Part shown: positions 1 through 9,465 of the stretch, piece by piece | Layout of the letters: the number at the start of each line of letters is the position of its first letter | Numbering within the stretch: the first letter of the stretch is position 1 | Assembly (NCBI GenBank): GCA_043824495.1 | Contig: JBDRSV010000010.1 | Coordinates: 41,995 to 105,994 of the forward strand | Origin: Candidatus Aenigmatarchaeota archaeon | GTDB lineage: Archaea; Aenigmatarchaeota; Aenigmatarchaeia; QMZP01 | Direction: 5' to 3' | DNA: 64,000 nucleotides | The notes under the pieces: generated by a model | Told to the model about the DNA's origin: nothing | The model's database searches: none | The model's input: only the letters and a program-made list of their open reading frames with translations | Made by a program: the position numbers and the translations under genes

Positions 1-143
1 ATAAATCTTGAACTATTCTTTTTATAGATTCAAGCTCCCACACTTCTTCTTTTCCTGAGATTTTAGATTTATTTTCTATATAACTCTTTACATCAGTAAA
101 GAAGCCTTCTGGAAGACTTGTTAGGCTTTTTGCAGCCTTTTCA

Positions 144-1457
144 TCATTTACGATTTTCATTATTGTTTCGTACGTTAGAAGCATATTTTCTCCTCTTTTT
201 AATTGGCGTTGCTTTTTTAATAGAGTAATTTACAGGATTTTTAATTGTTTTCTTGTGGCCTCCACATTGCGAATCTGGTTTACATACCCCAAAGTCAGTG
301 TACCATCCCTTATATTCACAGTTTGGTGGAAGTAATATCTTATTTCTGTTTTTATGCCATCTTACCTGCATTCTTATGTAATTCTCATTGATTGGTGGAT
401 TATTCTTTGTGTTCCACTCAAAAATCTTAGCTTCTATTTCTTCCCAGCTCCACTTCAGCGAAGAGAAGAAATTTATCAGTGTGAAAACAGATCGCTTTTT
501 CCCATCAGATAAACCATTCAGAATATTATGAATGCATGGTGGAGCAAAGTCCAAAGGAATTTTTTTAGTTATCTGAGCTCTTTGTACTAGCTCTTTTGTT
601 TTTTGTTTTTCATATTTAGAGCTCCAATCAATTGCCTCTGCGACTAAAACTTGGGCTTCGTTTTCTTTTTTATGAATTAGAAAGTTTTCTTTTACTTTTA
701 TTTTAGCTGGATCAGCTGTTTCTCTTTTGAATCCTGGAAGATCATGAACTGAGAGTGGTAAAGAAAAGAATCCGCTTGTTTTGTGTAGAGAATATGGCAT
801 GCGAACTAAATGTCTAGGTGAAATCATTACAGGATCAACGTCAACTATTTCATATGGTTTCAGTTCCTCGCCATCCAATATTTCTTCTTTACTTTTTCCT
901 GTTTTTTCTACGAGTTCTTCTATAGAAAAACTCTTTAAAATAGCGTCTCTAAGAATGTCTTTTGTAAAATCTTTCAAATAAGAAACTATGCTTCTAGGCA
1001 AATCTGGATACATTTCAACTGTTGGTTTGTAGTCTATTTTATCAGGAATTGCTTCCCATGGAATACCCAGATGAAATCCTTTATTTCCAGAGAATTTAAT
1101 AGAAGGAATGATACCATGTTTTTTCAATACTTGAACAAAAACTAAAGCGCCTATTTTTCCATGCTCAAAGTCCTTACAATCGAGATCAAGTAATAGGTCC
1201 CATCCAGATCTCATTTTTGAATAATTGTCAGTTTTTAGAGCCATTGGATTTGACCATCTTTCAATAGAATAGTGAAATTCAACTACACCCGATCTAGCCA
1301 TGGATACAATATCTTTTGGGTATCTGATTGTGTTGGGTCTTGTTCCAAATCCCCCATTCCTGAAAACACCCACAACTTCTCTGCCTTCAGCTGATTTCAG
1401 CATAGCTTGTTGTACATCATCTCTAGAATAGTATTCATAGATCTTTCCAAGATTCAT
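144..1457 (-). CDS. priSL: Fused DNA primase (PriS catalytic domain + PriL Fe-S C-terminal domain), DPANN type
   Basis: AEP motifs DLLLDLD, FSGNKGFH and RMPYSLH are followed by a PriL-CTD-like segment (PPCI...PPNC...GVC...C) in one 437-aa ORF. Confidence 0.9.
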   Translation of the reverse strand: MNLGKIYEYYSRDDVQQAMLKSAEGREVVGVFRNGGFGTRPNTIRYPKDIVSMARSGVVEFHYSIERWSNPMALKTDNYSKMRSGWDLLLDLDCKDFEHGKIGALVFVQVLKKHGIIPSIKFSGNKGFHLGIPWEAIPDKIDYKPTVEMYPDLPRSIVSYLKDFTKDILRDAILKSFSIEELVEKTGKSKEEILDGEELKPYEIVDVDPVMISPRHLVRMPYSLHKTSGFFSLPLSVHDLPGFKRETADPAKIKVKENFLIHKKENEAQVLVAEAIDWSSKYEKQKTKELVQRAQITKKIPLDFAPPCIHNILNGLSDGKKRSVFTLINFFSSLKWSWEEIEAKIFEWNTKNNPPINENYIRMQVRWHKNRNKILLPPNCEYKGWYTDFGVCKPDSQCGGHKKTIKNPVNYSIKKATPIKKRRKYASNVRNNNENRK

Positions 1458-1489
1458 GTAGAAAAATTGTAATAAAGAAATAAAAGAGC

Positions 1490-2653
1490 TTATTTTCTGA
1501 AAATCATGAAGACAAGTCCAGATATTACAATAAAGGTTATAATTGCATATACGTACATGCTTTGCACTCCAATCAAATCTGCAGTTATACCAAATACAAA
1601 TAGTAGAGCAGCTAGTAAAGGCTGCTTTGTGAAACTAGATATTGATAAAATAGTGGTTCTGTTATTTGATTTTATATTCTTATTTATCTCGTCCTCGAGA
1701 ACTATTCTATTAAATCCTTCAGCAAATCTAGTTATAATCACAGCTATGATAATTATTAATCCAAATCCAAATGCCTGGCCTAAGAAGCTGAGTAGAATCA
1801 AACCAAAGCCCAAAAATAAGAGGCCCTTGAATCCGATATGTTTTTCTAATCTGTGAATTGTCTCTCCGCCTAATCCCATAACTACTCGCATAATAGCGTA
1901 TATAACACCGAAATAAATAACACTTAGGCCTGAGATTAGAAGTAATGGTTGTGTAAATGTAGCACTCATGAAAATGAAAGAAGCTACAATCGTATTCACC
2001 AATAAAGCAAATAATAATTTTTTATTTGAACCAATTTCTTTGAAAGATTCGAGTAATTTCTTATTGTAAAGGGAAAGAGTATCTTTCTGTTTCTTCAGTT
2101 TTGTAGGTTCAACAAAAAGTGATGCAGATATGAAAGATCCTACAAAAAAGAAAATTCCTATCAAGAAAGGAAGTTTAGTATCAATCACATAAATTACAGG
2201 AATGGTAAGCAGAACAAGCGCATTTATGACATGAGAATATAGCACAACCCGTCCATTGAATTTCTTAAATTCTGATGTTCTTTTCAGTTTAACTAGAGTG
2301 TCATAAAGTAGAGCATTCCTGGTTCCTGTTACAAAGGCTCCTGCAATGCCATATGCGAGGGCTGCTAGCAAGAAATAAGCAAAAGAATCTCCTATGAAAT
2401 AGAGAAACATTGTTAATGCACCGAAAACTGAATGAAGAAGAAGGGATTTTTTCTTTCCATGTAAATCAGCGAAAACTCCTCCATGAAGTTCTGTGCTTAG
2501 AACAACAACAGCTGTAACAGCTAATAATATTCCTATTTGTGTATAGTTCAGGTTGTTTAATAAAAAATATATAATAATTATAGGCATCGAGACTCTTTTT
2601 ATCAAAGCGCTGTATACGTAGAGTAACGGTATATTCCTATAATAATTAACCAT
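1490..2653 (-). CDS. MFS transporter
   Basis: About 12 hydrophobic helices; MFS motif-A-like GVFADLHGKK. Confidence 0.85.
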   Translation of the reverse strand: MVNYYRNIPLLYVYSALIKRVSMPIIIIYFLLNNLNYTQIGILLAVTAVVVLSTELHGGVFADLHGKKKSLLLHSVFGALTMFLYFIGDSFAYFLLAALAYGIAGAFVTGTRNALLYDTLVKLKRTSEFKKFNGRVVLYSHVINALVLLTIPVIYVIDTKLPFLIGIFFFVGSFISASLFVEPTKLKKQKDTLSLYNKKLLESFKEIGSNKKLLFALLVNTIVASFIFMSATFTQPLLLISGLSVIYFGVIYAIMRVVMGLGGETIHRLEKHIGFKGLLFLGFGLILLSFLGQAFGFGLIIIIAVIITRFAEGFNRIVLEDEINKNIKSNNRTTILSISSFTKQPLLAALLFVFGITADLIGVQSMYVYAIITFIVISGLVFMIFRK

Positions 2654-2683
2654 AACATAGGTTTGGTTCTCTGAAAATAAAAA

Positions 2684-3001
2684 CTACTTGTGAGCTAATC
2701 CAAATAGTATGGAGTAAACCCCTTTCAGTATTACAATTATTCCGATGTATAGGAAGAAGTGGAAATGCATGCCTGTGAATACTAAATACAAGAATATTCC
2801 TGCAACAAGATCAAACACTCCTAGAAGATCAAAGTAGAATCCAGCGCCTGCTGCTGTTAATATTGAATATACTCCTTTCAAAATAGCTATGATGAATAAG
2901 AAGAATATGAGAGAATTTCCAGTGAAATCAATAATTCCACTAAGGGCTAACGTGAATCCTAACAATAAGTCCAATAATCCTAGTATCATCAGTACAGCCA
3001 T
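2684..3001 (-). CDS. Small membrane protein with internal two-fold repeat
   Basis: Four TM helices; repeats LDLLLG/FDLVAG and LKGVYSIL twice. Confidence 0.65.
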   Translation of the reverse strand: MAVLMILGLLDLLLGFTLALSGIIDFTGNSLIFFLFIIAILKGVYSILTAAGAGFYFDLLGVFDLVAGIFLYLVFTGMHFHFFLYIGIIVILKGVYSILFGLAHK

Positions 3002-3031
3002 AACTGTGTTTTAACAGAAGTATTAATAAGT

Positions 3032-3709
3032 TTACCTGTGATTGTAAGCATCAACAAGTGCTATACTCTGAGTAACACGAGATCCTAGTCTTTTATGTAA
3101 AGGAACAGGAAAATCATCATCTCCGAATGCGTGATACATGCCGCCTGTGTGGAATTGGGAATCAACTCGAATAATTTCACTAGCTTGAATGTTTTCTCTC
3201 TCTTCTTGGAAAGCTGGATCATCTAGAGGATTGTCACCGATAATTTCAGGTCTTAACATTTCATCAAACCAAGCTGCAATTTCAGGATTTGTATAACTAG
3301 CGTCAGCAAGACTGACAAATAGAGCTCTGAAAGTTTTATAGTCTAGTCTTTCACCTATCGAATTTGAAAGATCAGGAATATTGAAAACAGGAAGAGGTAA
3401 CTTTGGATGATCTACGAAATGAACTTCTGCTCCAGTACTTCTCGCATAATCTATGGCTGCTATAACTTCGTATCCTCCATTACGTTCAATGTCTAGAACC
3501 ATTTTCTCATAACCAGGATCGAGTCCATAACTTCTAATTTGTCTTGCTTTCTGATCTCTGATATTCATTATTGTCTCTCTGGCCTGTTCAGGAGAATCTC
3601 CTTTAGGAAATTCAACAGATATAACTTTAGGGCTGTATACACCTAAGAGATAACTAATTCTATTGTATCCTTCTAAGTCAATCTTATGATGTGTTCCTAC
3701 TATTATCAT
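3032..3709 (-). CDS. Hypothetical protein, possibly TraB/GumN-like fold
   Basis: IIVGTHH start, VISVE, VHFVD and GGMYH loosely resemble TraB/TIKI motifs; the fold call is tentative. Confidence 0.45.
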   Translation of the reverse strand: MIIVGTHHKIDLEGYNRISYLLGVYSPKVISVEFPKGDSPEQARETIMNIRDQKARQIRSYGLDPGYEKMVLDIERNGGYEVIAAIDYARSTGAEVHFVDHPKLPLPVFNIPDLSNSIGERLDYKTFRALFVSLADASYTNPEIAAWFDEMLRPEIIGDNPLDDPAFQEERENIQASEIIRVDSQFHTGGMYHAFGDDDFPVPLHKRLGSRVTQSIALVDAYNHR

Positions 3710-3746
3710 GTGTAGCGGTACACGCGCTTACTTTTAAAGTTTATAC

Positions 3747-4265
3747 TTAATTCTTCAGAACTTTGTAATGAAGCTGAAATTCATCTTCAGAAATAATCTT
3801 AGTTTCTAGTAACTTCATTTTAATTTCAAAATCCTCATCTGCTGATATCTTAATACCATTTCCTATTAAGACAGGTTCAACATCAAAATATACTTCATCT
3901 ACAAGATTCTCCTTCAAGAAAGATGCATTTATTTTTCCTCCGCCTCCAACAAATGCGATTTTAAATCTCTTTTCTTCAAGAAGCTTCAAAACCTCTTTTG
4001 GAGATTTGTCAGTGAAAATAACATTGTCTCCCCATTTATTTTTTATTTTTTTATTTGTCATAACTACATTAAGGCGATCAGGATACGGAAAATTACCATC
4101 CTTAACATCACGATCAAATGTTCTTTTCCCTACAATTATATTACCTGCTTTTCTAGTCATTTCATCAAAACATTTCCAAGCGTTCTCAGAAATAAAGCTT
4201 GTATCATCGTTCTTTGTTGCAATCATGCCATTGGCACTAATTTCCATATATAGTATTACTTTCAT
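3747..4265 (-). CDS. Dihydrofolate reductase / RibD C-terminal family protein
   Basis: [24 protein letters not shown] and [17 protein letters not shown] motifs; overlaps the leuS stop (ATGA). Confidence 0.85.
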   Translation of the reverse strand: MKVILYMEISANGMIATKNDDTSFISENAWKCFDEMTRKAGNIIVGKRTFDRDVKDGNFPYPDRLNVVMTNKKIKNKWGDNVIFTDKSPKEVLKLLEEKRFKIAFVGGGGKINASFLKENLVDEVYFDVEPVLIGNGIKISADEDFEIKMKLLETKIISEDEFQLHYKVLKN

Positions 4266-6916
4266 ACAACCTCTATACCAGGTTTCCCTGGCTCGGCTCT
4301 TAATGCTTTTAGGGCGCGAGATTCATAACCATGATGAACTTCTATTTTACATTTGAATTCTTTCTCGAGCAATCCTTTTGATTCATCTAAAGCAGTGAAT
4401 TCTTCATTTTCTGATAGAATTTCCTTCATCTTTCCTAAATCTTTTGTGAGGGTTTGAGCAAATCTTAGTGTATCCTTTCCATATTTATTGAATTTAGGAT
4501 TCTTCATTATTGTTGAAACAATTTCTTTAGGATCTTTAGATTCTAGAATTTCTTTGTGAACTTCATATTTCCATGTTGGGCTTACGTATATGATTATTTT
4601 TTCATGTTTCTTATTGACAATTTTTAGTATGTCGTATATGTCTGATTTTGTTTGTTTTACTAAATCTTCCATTTTCATTATTCTATTGTCTATGAGTTTT
4701 ACATCAGCTTTAGGCCATGATTCTTGTGAAACAAATCCCTTTCCTATTTTCTCCCAAGATTCTTCCATCATGTGAGGAGCAAATGGAGAAAGTAGTATCA
4801 CAAAATTTTTCAATGCGTAACCAAGTACATTTTTATCCCCGTCAAATTTTTGTAAATCTCCAAAGAATCCCATCAAGCTTCCAACAGCTAGATTGAACTT
4901 GAAATTATCCATGTAATCTGAAATGTCTTGTATCAGCTTGTTGGTTTTGCTTAATAATATCTTCTCTTTATTTCCAATTTTATTTACATCAAATTTACCA
5001 AATGAAAAATTATTGTCCTGTACGTAGCCATATACACGCATCAAGAATCTATAAGATCCTGCAACACCTTCATCGTTCCATTCTAGTTCTTTTTCTGGAG
5101 AAGCTAAAAAGAGCAAGAAGATGCGAGCAGTATCTATTCCATATTTTTTAGAAATATCTTCTTGACTAACAACATTACCAAATGATTTACTCATCTTCTT
5201 ACCGTCTTTTATCACCATGCCCTGAGTGAATAATCTTTTGAAAGGCTCATCAACTTTAGATAAACCAAGTTCTTGGAGAACCTTTGTAATGAATCTAGCA
5301 TACATAAGATGTAATATGGCGTGTTCTATTCCGCCTATATATTGATCTACTGGCATCCAATATTTTGCTTTCTCTTTGTCAAACATCGCGTTCTTAGTTG
5401 CGCCTGTATATCTAAAGAAATACCAAGAAGAATCAACGAATGTGTCCATAGTATCTGTTTCTCTTTTTGCTTTTCCACTACATTTTGGACACTTCACATC
5501 AGCAAAAGAAGCAGAAGTTTCTAAAGGGTTTCCTTTGCCAGTGAATTTAACATCTTCTGGAAGCATCACAGGAAGCTGGTTTTCAGGTACAGGAACGATT
5601 CCGCATTTATCACAATATATGATTGGTATTGGTGTTCCCCAATATCTTTGTCTTGAAATCAGCCAATCTCGAAGCTTGTATTGAGTTGTTTTAGCTCCGA
5701 ATTTCCTATCTTCCAACCAGTCAGCCATTTCAGGCAAAGCTTTCCTGTTATTCATTCCGCTGAAATGACCAGAGTCAAATAATATTCCATCGTCTGTGAA
5801 TGCGTCTTTGTAATCCTTAGGGTCAATTGATTTACCTTCAGGACTGATAACAAACTTTAATGGAATTTTGTATTTCCTTGCAAATCTGAAATCTCTTTTA
5901 TCGTGAGCATCACACATGACTATACCAGAACCATACATGAGAGCAAAGTTTGCAATGTAAATAGGAACTCTTTCTCCATTCACAGGATTAATTGCATATC
6001 TGCCTGTAAAGAACCCTTCTTTCTCTTTTTCTTCATTTACTCTATCTTCAACTTTCTGTTTCAACATTTTCTTTACAAACTCTTTTGCACTCTTTTCATA
6101 CTTAGTTCCACCCACAAGATTTTCTATTAAAGGATGTTCAGGAGCTATTCCAAGAAATGTAACACTGTATATAGTGTCACATCTGGTTGTAAACGTAGGT
6201 AAAACAATCTTGGAATTCTCGAGTTTGAAATGAATATCAATCCCACGACTTCTACCAATCCAGTTTCTTTGCATTGTTTTGACGTTCTCAGGCCAATCTA
6301 GCTTATCTAAATCGTCTAAAAGTTGATCTGCATATCGGGTTGTTTTGAAGAACCACTGGCTGAGGATTTTCAACTTAACTTTGCTTTTACATCTCCAACA
6401 TTTTCCTTGTTCAACTTGCTCATTAGCTAGTACAGTTTTACAATGATTACACCAATTCACTGGAGCTTCTTTTTTGTAAGCTAGTTCTTTCTTATACATC
6501 TGTAAAAATAACCACTGATTCCATTTGTAGTATTGAGGATCACATGTGGATACTTCTCTTGTCCAATCATAACTTAATCCAAGAGCCTTTTGTTGTGCTC
6601 TTATATTGTCAATTGCTTGCAGAGTGTATTTTTTTGGGTGAGAATTGTTCTTAATTGCAGCATTCTCTGCTGGTAAACCGAGAGCATCATATCCCATTGG
6701 ATATAACACATTAAATCCTTGCATTCTCTTGAATCGAGCAAAACAATCTCCCATTGCATAATTTCTTACGTGACCCATGTGTAATCCGCTTCCAGATGGA
6801 TACGGAAACATCTCAAGAACATAATATTTCTTTTTCTTAGAATCTTCTTTCACTTGAAAAATATTAGCTTTCTCCCACTTGTCTTGCCATTTCTTCTCAA
6901 GTTTTTTGAAGTCCAT
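4262..6916 (-). CDS. leuS: Leucyl-tRNA synthetase (bacterial-type core, archaeal-like C-terminus)
   Basis: [23 protein letters not shown] and KMSKS motifs; ends [11 protein letters not shown]. Confidence 0.97.
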   Translation of the reverse strand: MDFKKLEKKWQDKWEKANIFQVKEDSKKKKYYVLEMFPYPSGSGLHMGHVRNYAMGDCFARFKRMQGFNVLYPMGYDALGLPAENAAIKNNSHPKKYTLQAIDNIRAQQKALGLSYDWTREVSTCDPQYYKWNQWLFLQMYKKELAYKKEAPVNWCNHCKTVLANEQVEQGKCWRCKSKVKLKILSQWFFKTTRYADQLLDDLDKLDWPENVKTMQRNWIGRSRGIDIHFKLENSKIVLPTFTTRCDTIYSVTFLGIAPEHPLIENLVGGTKYEKSAKEFVKKMLKQKVEDRVNEEKEKEGFFTGRYAINPVNGERVPIYIANFALMYGSGIVMCDAHDKRDFRFARKYKIPLKFVISPEGKSIDPKDYKDAFTDDGILFDSGHFSGMNNRKALPEMADWLEDRKFGAKTTQYKLRDWLISRQRYWGTPIPIIYCDKCGIVPVPENQLPVMLPEDVKFTGKGNPLETSASFADVKCPKCSGKAKRETDTMDTFVDSSWYFFRYTGATKNAMFDKEKAKYWMPVDQYIGGIEHAILHLMYARFITKVLQELGLSKVDEPFKRLFTQGMVIKDGKKMSKSFGNVVSQEDISKKYGIDTARIFLLFLASPEKELEWNDEGVAGSYRFLMRVYGYVQDNNFSFGKFDVNKIGNKEKILLSKTNKLIQDISDYMDNFKFNLAVGSLMGFFGDLQKFDGDKNVLGYALKNFVILLSPFAPHMMEESWEKIGKGFVSQESWPKADVKLIDNRIMKMEDLVKQTKSDIYDILKIVNKKHEKIIIYVSPTWKYEVHKEILESKDPKEIVSTIMKNPKFNKYGKDTLRFAQTLTKDLGKMKEILSENEEFTALDESKGLLEKEFKCKIEVHHGYESRALKALRAEPGKPGIEVV

Positions 6917-7008
6917 GTAAATCCTGTTATTATATTGTGTTTAGTATAATATTACTGCTTCTCCTGAGGATTTATACAATTTATATTGGAAAAAACACAA
7001 ATAAAATT

Positions 7009-7137
7009 ATGGAGAAAGCACAATCAACTAATAGTATGGTCTGGTTCGCTATAATATTCATAATAGCAGCTGCAATTGTTATCAGCTTTCAAATGGCAGA
7101 TCCTGTTGGTTCTTTTCTAGCATTTCTAGGAATTTAG
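7009..7137 (+). CDS. Small membrane peptide with possible class III (pilin-like) signal peptide
   Basis: From ATG 7009: MEKAQ-STNSMVWFAIIFIIAAAIVISF; a K-A-Q motif followed by a hydrophobic helix. Confidence 0.4.
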   Translation: MEKAQSTNSMVWFAIIFIIAAAIVISFQMADPVGSFLAFLGI

Positions 7138-7179
7138 CATGATATTTATTCTTTCAATGCAAATCGTTTAAAGGGTAAA

Positions 7180-9141
7180 ATGAGTTTTAAAGATCAGAGT
7201 CAGGCTTCAACAATAGTTATCTTCATAATTCTGATAATTGTGGCTACATTCTTCACTTTATTTCAAGCTTCATCCCCTTCTGGATATTTTAGGTCAGTTT
7301 TAGAACCTATTGATAGCGGTACAGTAAATAAGCAAATTCAGTCCATTGAATCATGGGATATGAGAATGGTAGACGGTTTCCCAAAAACCCTATCGGGTGG
7401 AGAGATTGTATACTCTGGAATCCCAGAACAAAAAGCTGAAGTTTTTGTTACTGAACATTCTTCTCTTTTTGGAATTGGGTATGTAGAAAATGTTTTAGAA
7501 CAAAATATTCCGGGAGGAAATAAGATCACTTTTAGACAGATGGAAAACAACCTCCCTGTTATAGATTCTTATATTGGTGTTATTGTCTCGGGTGAGGGCG
7601 TGGTATATGCTGTCTCGTCCACAAAAGAAATTCCGAGAGTAAGCCCCTTTCCTAGCATAACTCCTGAGCAATCTTTAGAATTTGCCCTTGCAGATATTGG
7701 AGCAAGCGAAGTTTTAGGAAAAAAAGTAACACTCTCTATATTCCCATCAGATCCACCTAGACTATCTTATGAAATATTCTTATCAGTTGACAACGGGTAC
7801 ATAGAACCCTGGAGATTTGTTGTAGATGCACATGACGGTTCCATATTATTAAAGAGTAAATTGGTGCTAGAAGTTGATGGTCAAGTGTTTGATCCAAATC
7901 CGATCGTAAAATTAAATGATGATGATTTAAGGGACACTGATCCTGATGAAGATTTTGAGAATGCTTATTTTGTGAGAGAACTAAAAAATTTAGATCCACC
8001 AGTTGGGGGGTTGTACAGTCTGACAGGAAAATATGTGAATATGACGAATATGATGATTCCAACCAATTATCCACCAACGTCTCCAGACAATTTCATATTT
8101 CCTAGAAGTGATAAAGGTTTTGAAGAAGTGATGGGTTACTATCACATTAATAGAAATCAAGAGTATATACAGAGCCTGGGTTTTGAGATATTAAATATGC
8201 CAATAAGAGTAGATGCTCATGGCCTTTTTAATATGGATAGTTCTTCTTACTTCGGAGAACCTTTTGGGGCAGGATACATTGCCCTAGGAGATGGAGGAGT
8301 GGACGATGCAGAGGACGCTGATATAATTATTCATGAATATGGGCATGCTATACAAGACAATCAGACAGTTGGTATTTATTTTGGTCGTAATAATAATGGA
8401 TATGGTGATGAAACAGGAGCAATGTCCGAGGGGTTTGGTGATTACTGGGCCTTTAGTGTTGGTTATGAAAAATCTCAAGGAACAACATTTGAGACATATA
8501 TAGGAGAGTGGGATGCCAAGGGATACACTGATCCGGACACAGATGAACTAACACCCGGAGATTATTTGAGAAGAGTAAATGAAAATAAATACTATCCAAG
8601 TAGTATGGTTGGTAAAAAACATAATGATAGTGAAATATGGTCTAGATCATTATATGATATATTCACTCAGATAGGAAAAGAAAAAACTGACAGAATTGTT
8701 TTATATTCACATTATCTTGTTCCAACAAATCCTGATTTTGAGGACGGCGCATTTGCAATAGTTGATGCAAATGAGATATTATATCCTGCATTTGAGCTTG
8801 ATGGAAGTGTAATAGGACTGCATCATAATGAAATATGTATTTCTTTTGTTGCAAGAGGAATTCTAACCTCCACCGAGTGTCCTAATATTGATGATATTTC
8901 ATTATGCTATGCTGATGAAGTAGGATGTACTGATACTAGTGGATTGCCTTATGATCATTTTTGTAGTGGTCATTCAAGTAAGATATGGGCATGTTCTGCA
9001 GAAGAAACATGTGTTGTGACAGATGGAGAGTTCTGTGAGCATGGATGTATAGATGGAGTATGTCAAGAAACATCTACTGAAGGAGAGATAGAACAAGACT
9101 GTGTATATGATAAGAGACTAGGTATTTGGATCTGCCATTAA
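7180..9141 (+). CDS. Secreted zinc metalloprotease, M36/M4 (fungalysin/thermolysin-like), with FTP/PepSY-like propeptide and Cys-rich tail
   Basis: N-terminal TM; propeptide motifs ITFRQ..NNLPV and WRFVVDAHDGSIL; HEYGH...SEGFGDYW; HNDSEIW; Cys-rich C-terminus. Confidence 0.88.
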   Translation: MSFKDQSQASTIVIFIILIIVATFFTLFQASSPSGYFRSVLEPIDSGTVNKQIQSIESWDMRMVDGFPKTLSGGEIVYSGIPEQKAEVFVTEHSSLFGIGYVENVLEQNIPGGNKITFRQMENNLPVIDSYIGVIVSGEGVVYAVSSTKEIPRVSPFPSITPEQSLEFALADIGASEVLGKKVTLSIFPSDPPRLSYEIFLSVDNGYIEPWRFVVDAHDGSILLKSKLVLEVDGQVFDPNPIVKLNDDDLRDTDPDEDFENAYFVRELKNLDPPVGGLYSLTGKYVNMTNMMIPTNYPPTSPDNFIFPRSDKGFEEVMGYYHINRNQEYIQSLGFEILNMPIRVDAHGLFNMDSSSYFGEPFGAGYIALGDGGVDDAEDADIIIHEYGHAIQDNQTVGIYFGRNNNGYGDETGAMSEGFGDYWAFSVGYEKSQGTTFETYIGEWDAKGYTDPDTDELTPGDYLRRVNENKYYPSSMVGKKHNDSEIWSRSLYDIFTQIGKEKTDRIVLYSHYLVPTNPDFEDGAFAIVDANEILYPAFELDGSVIGLHHNEICISFVARGILTSTECPNIDDISLCYADEVGCTDTSGLPYDHFCSGHSSKIWACSAEETCVVTDGEFCEHGCIDGVCQETSTEGEIEQDCVYDKRLGIWICH

Positions 9142-9417
9142 TTATCTTCCTCTGATTTCAAAATTAGTGAATTCTCCTCTGTATGGGCTCTCTTTTGTTT
9201 CAACAGCTTTTACTAATGCTCCATTAGGACCAATTCTACAAAAATCGAGAAGTTCTGTTATTACGTCATCGTCGCCTTCAAAAACAACCTCTACACCTTC
9301 TGGTATGTTCTTAACCCAGCCACGTACGCCCATAAGATTAGCTTTGCTCAGGATGCCCATTCTGAAGAAAACACCCTTTACATCACCTTTTATTAGAGCT
9401 TGAACTCGAGTTTTCAT
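9142..9417 (-). CDS. acyP: Acylphosphatase
   Basis: GDVKGVFFR, GVRGWVKN, VEVVFEG and IGP motifs. Confidence 0.9.
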   Translation of the reverse strand: MKTRVQALIKGDVKGVFFRMGILSKANLMGVRGWVKNIPEGVEVVFEGDDDVITELLDFCRIGPNGALVKAVETKESPYRGEFTNFEIRGR

Positions 9418-9465
9418 ACCTTTATCTTTATAATAGTAAATTTTAAATTATTGTTATGAGTTTTC

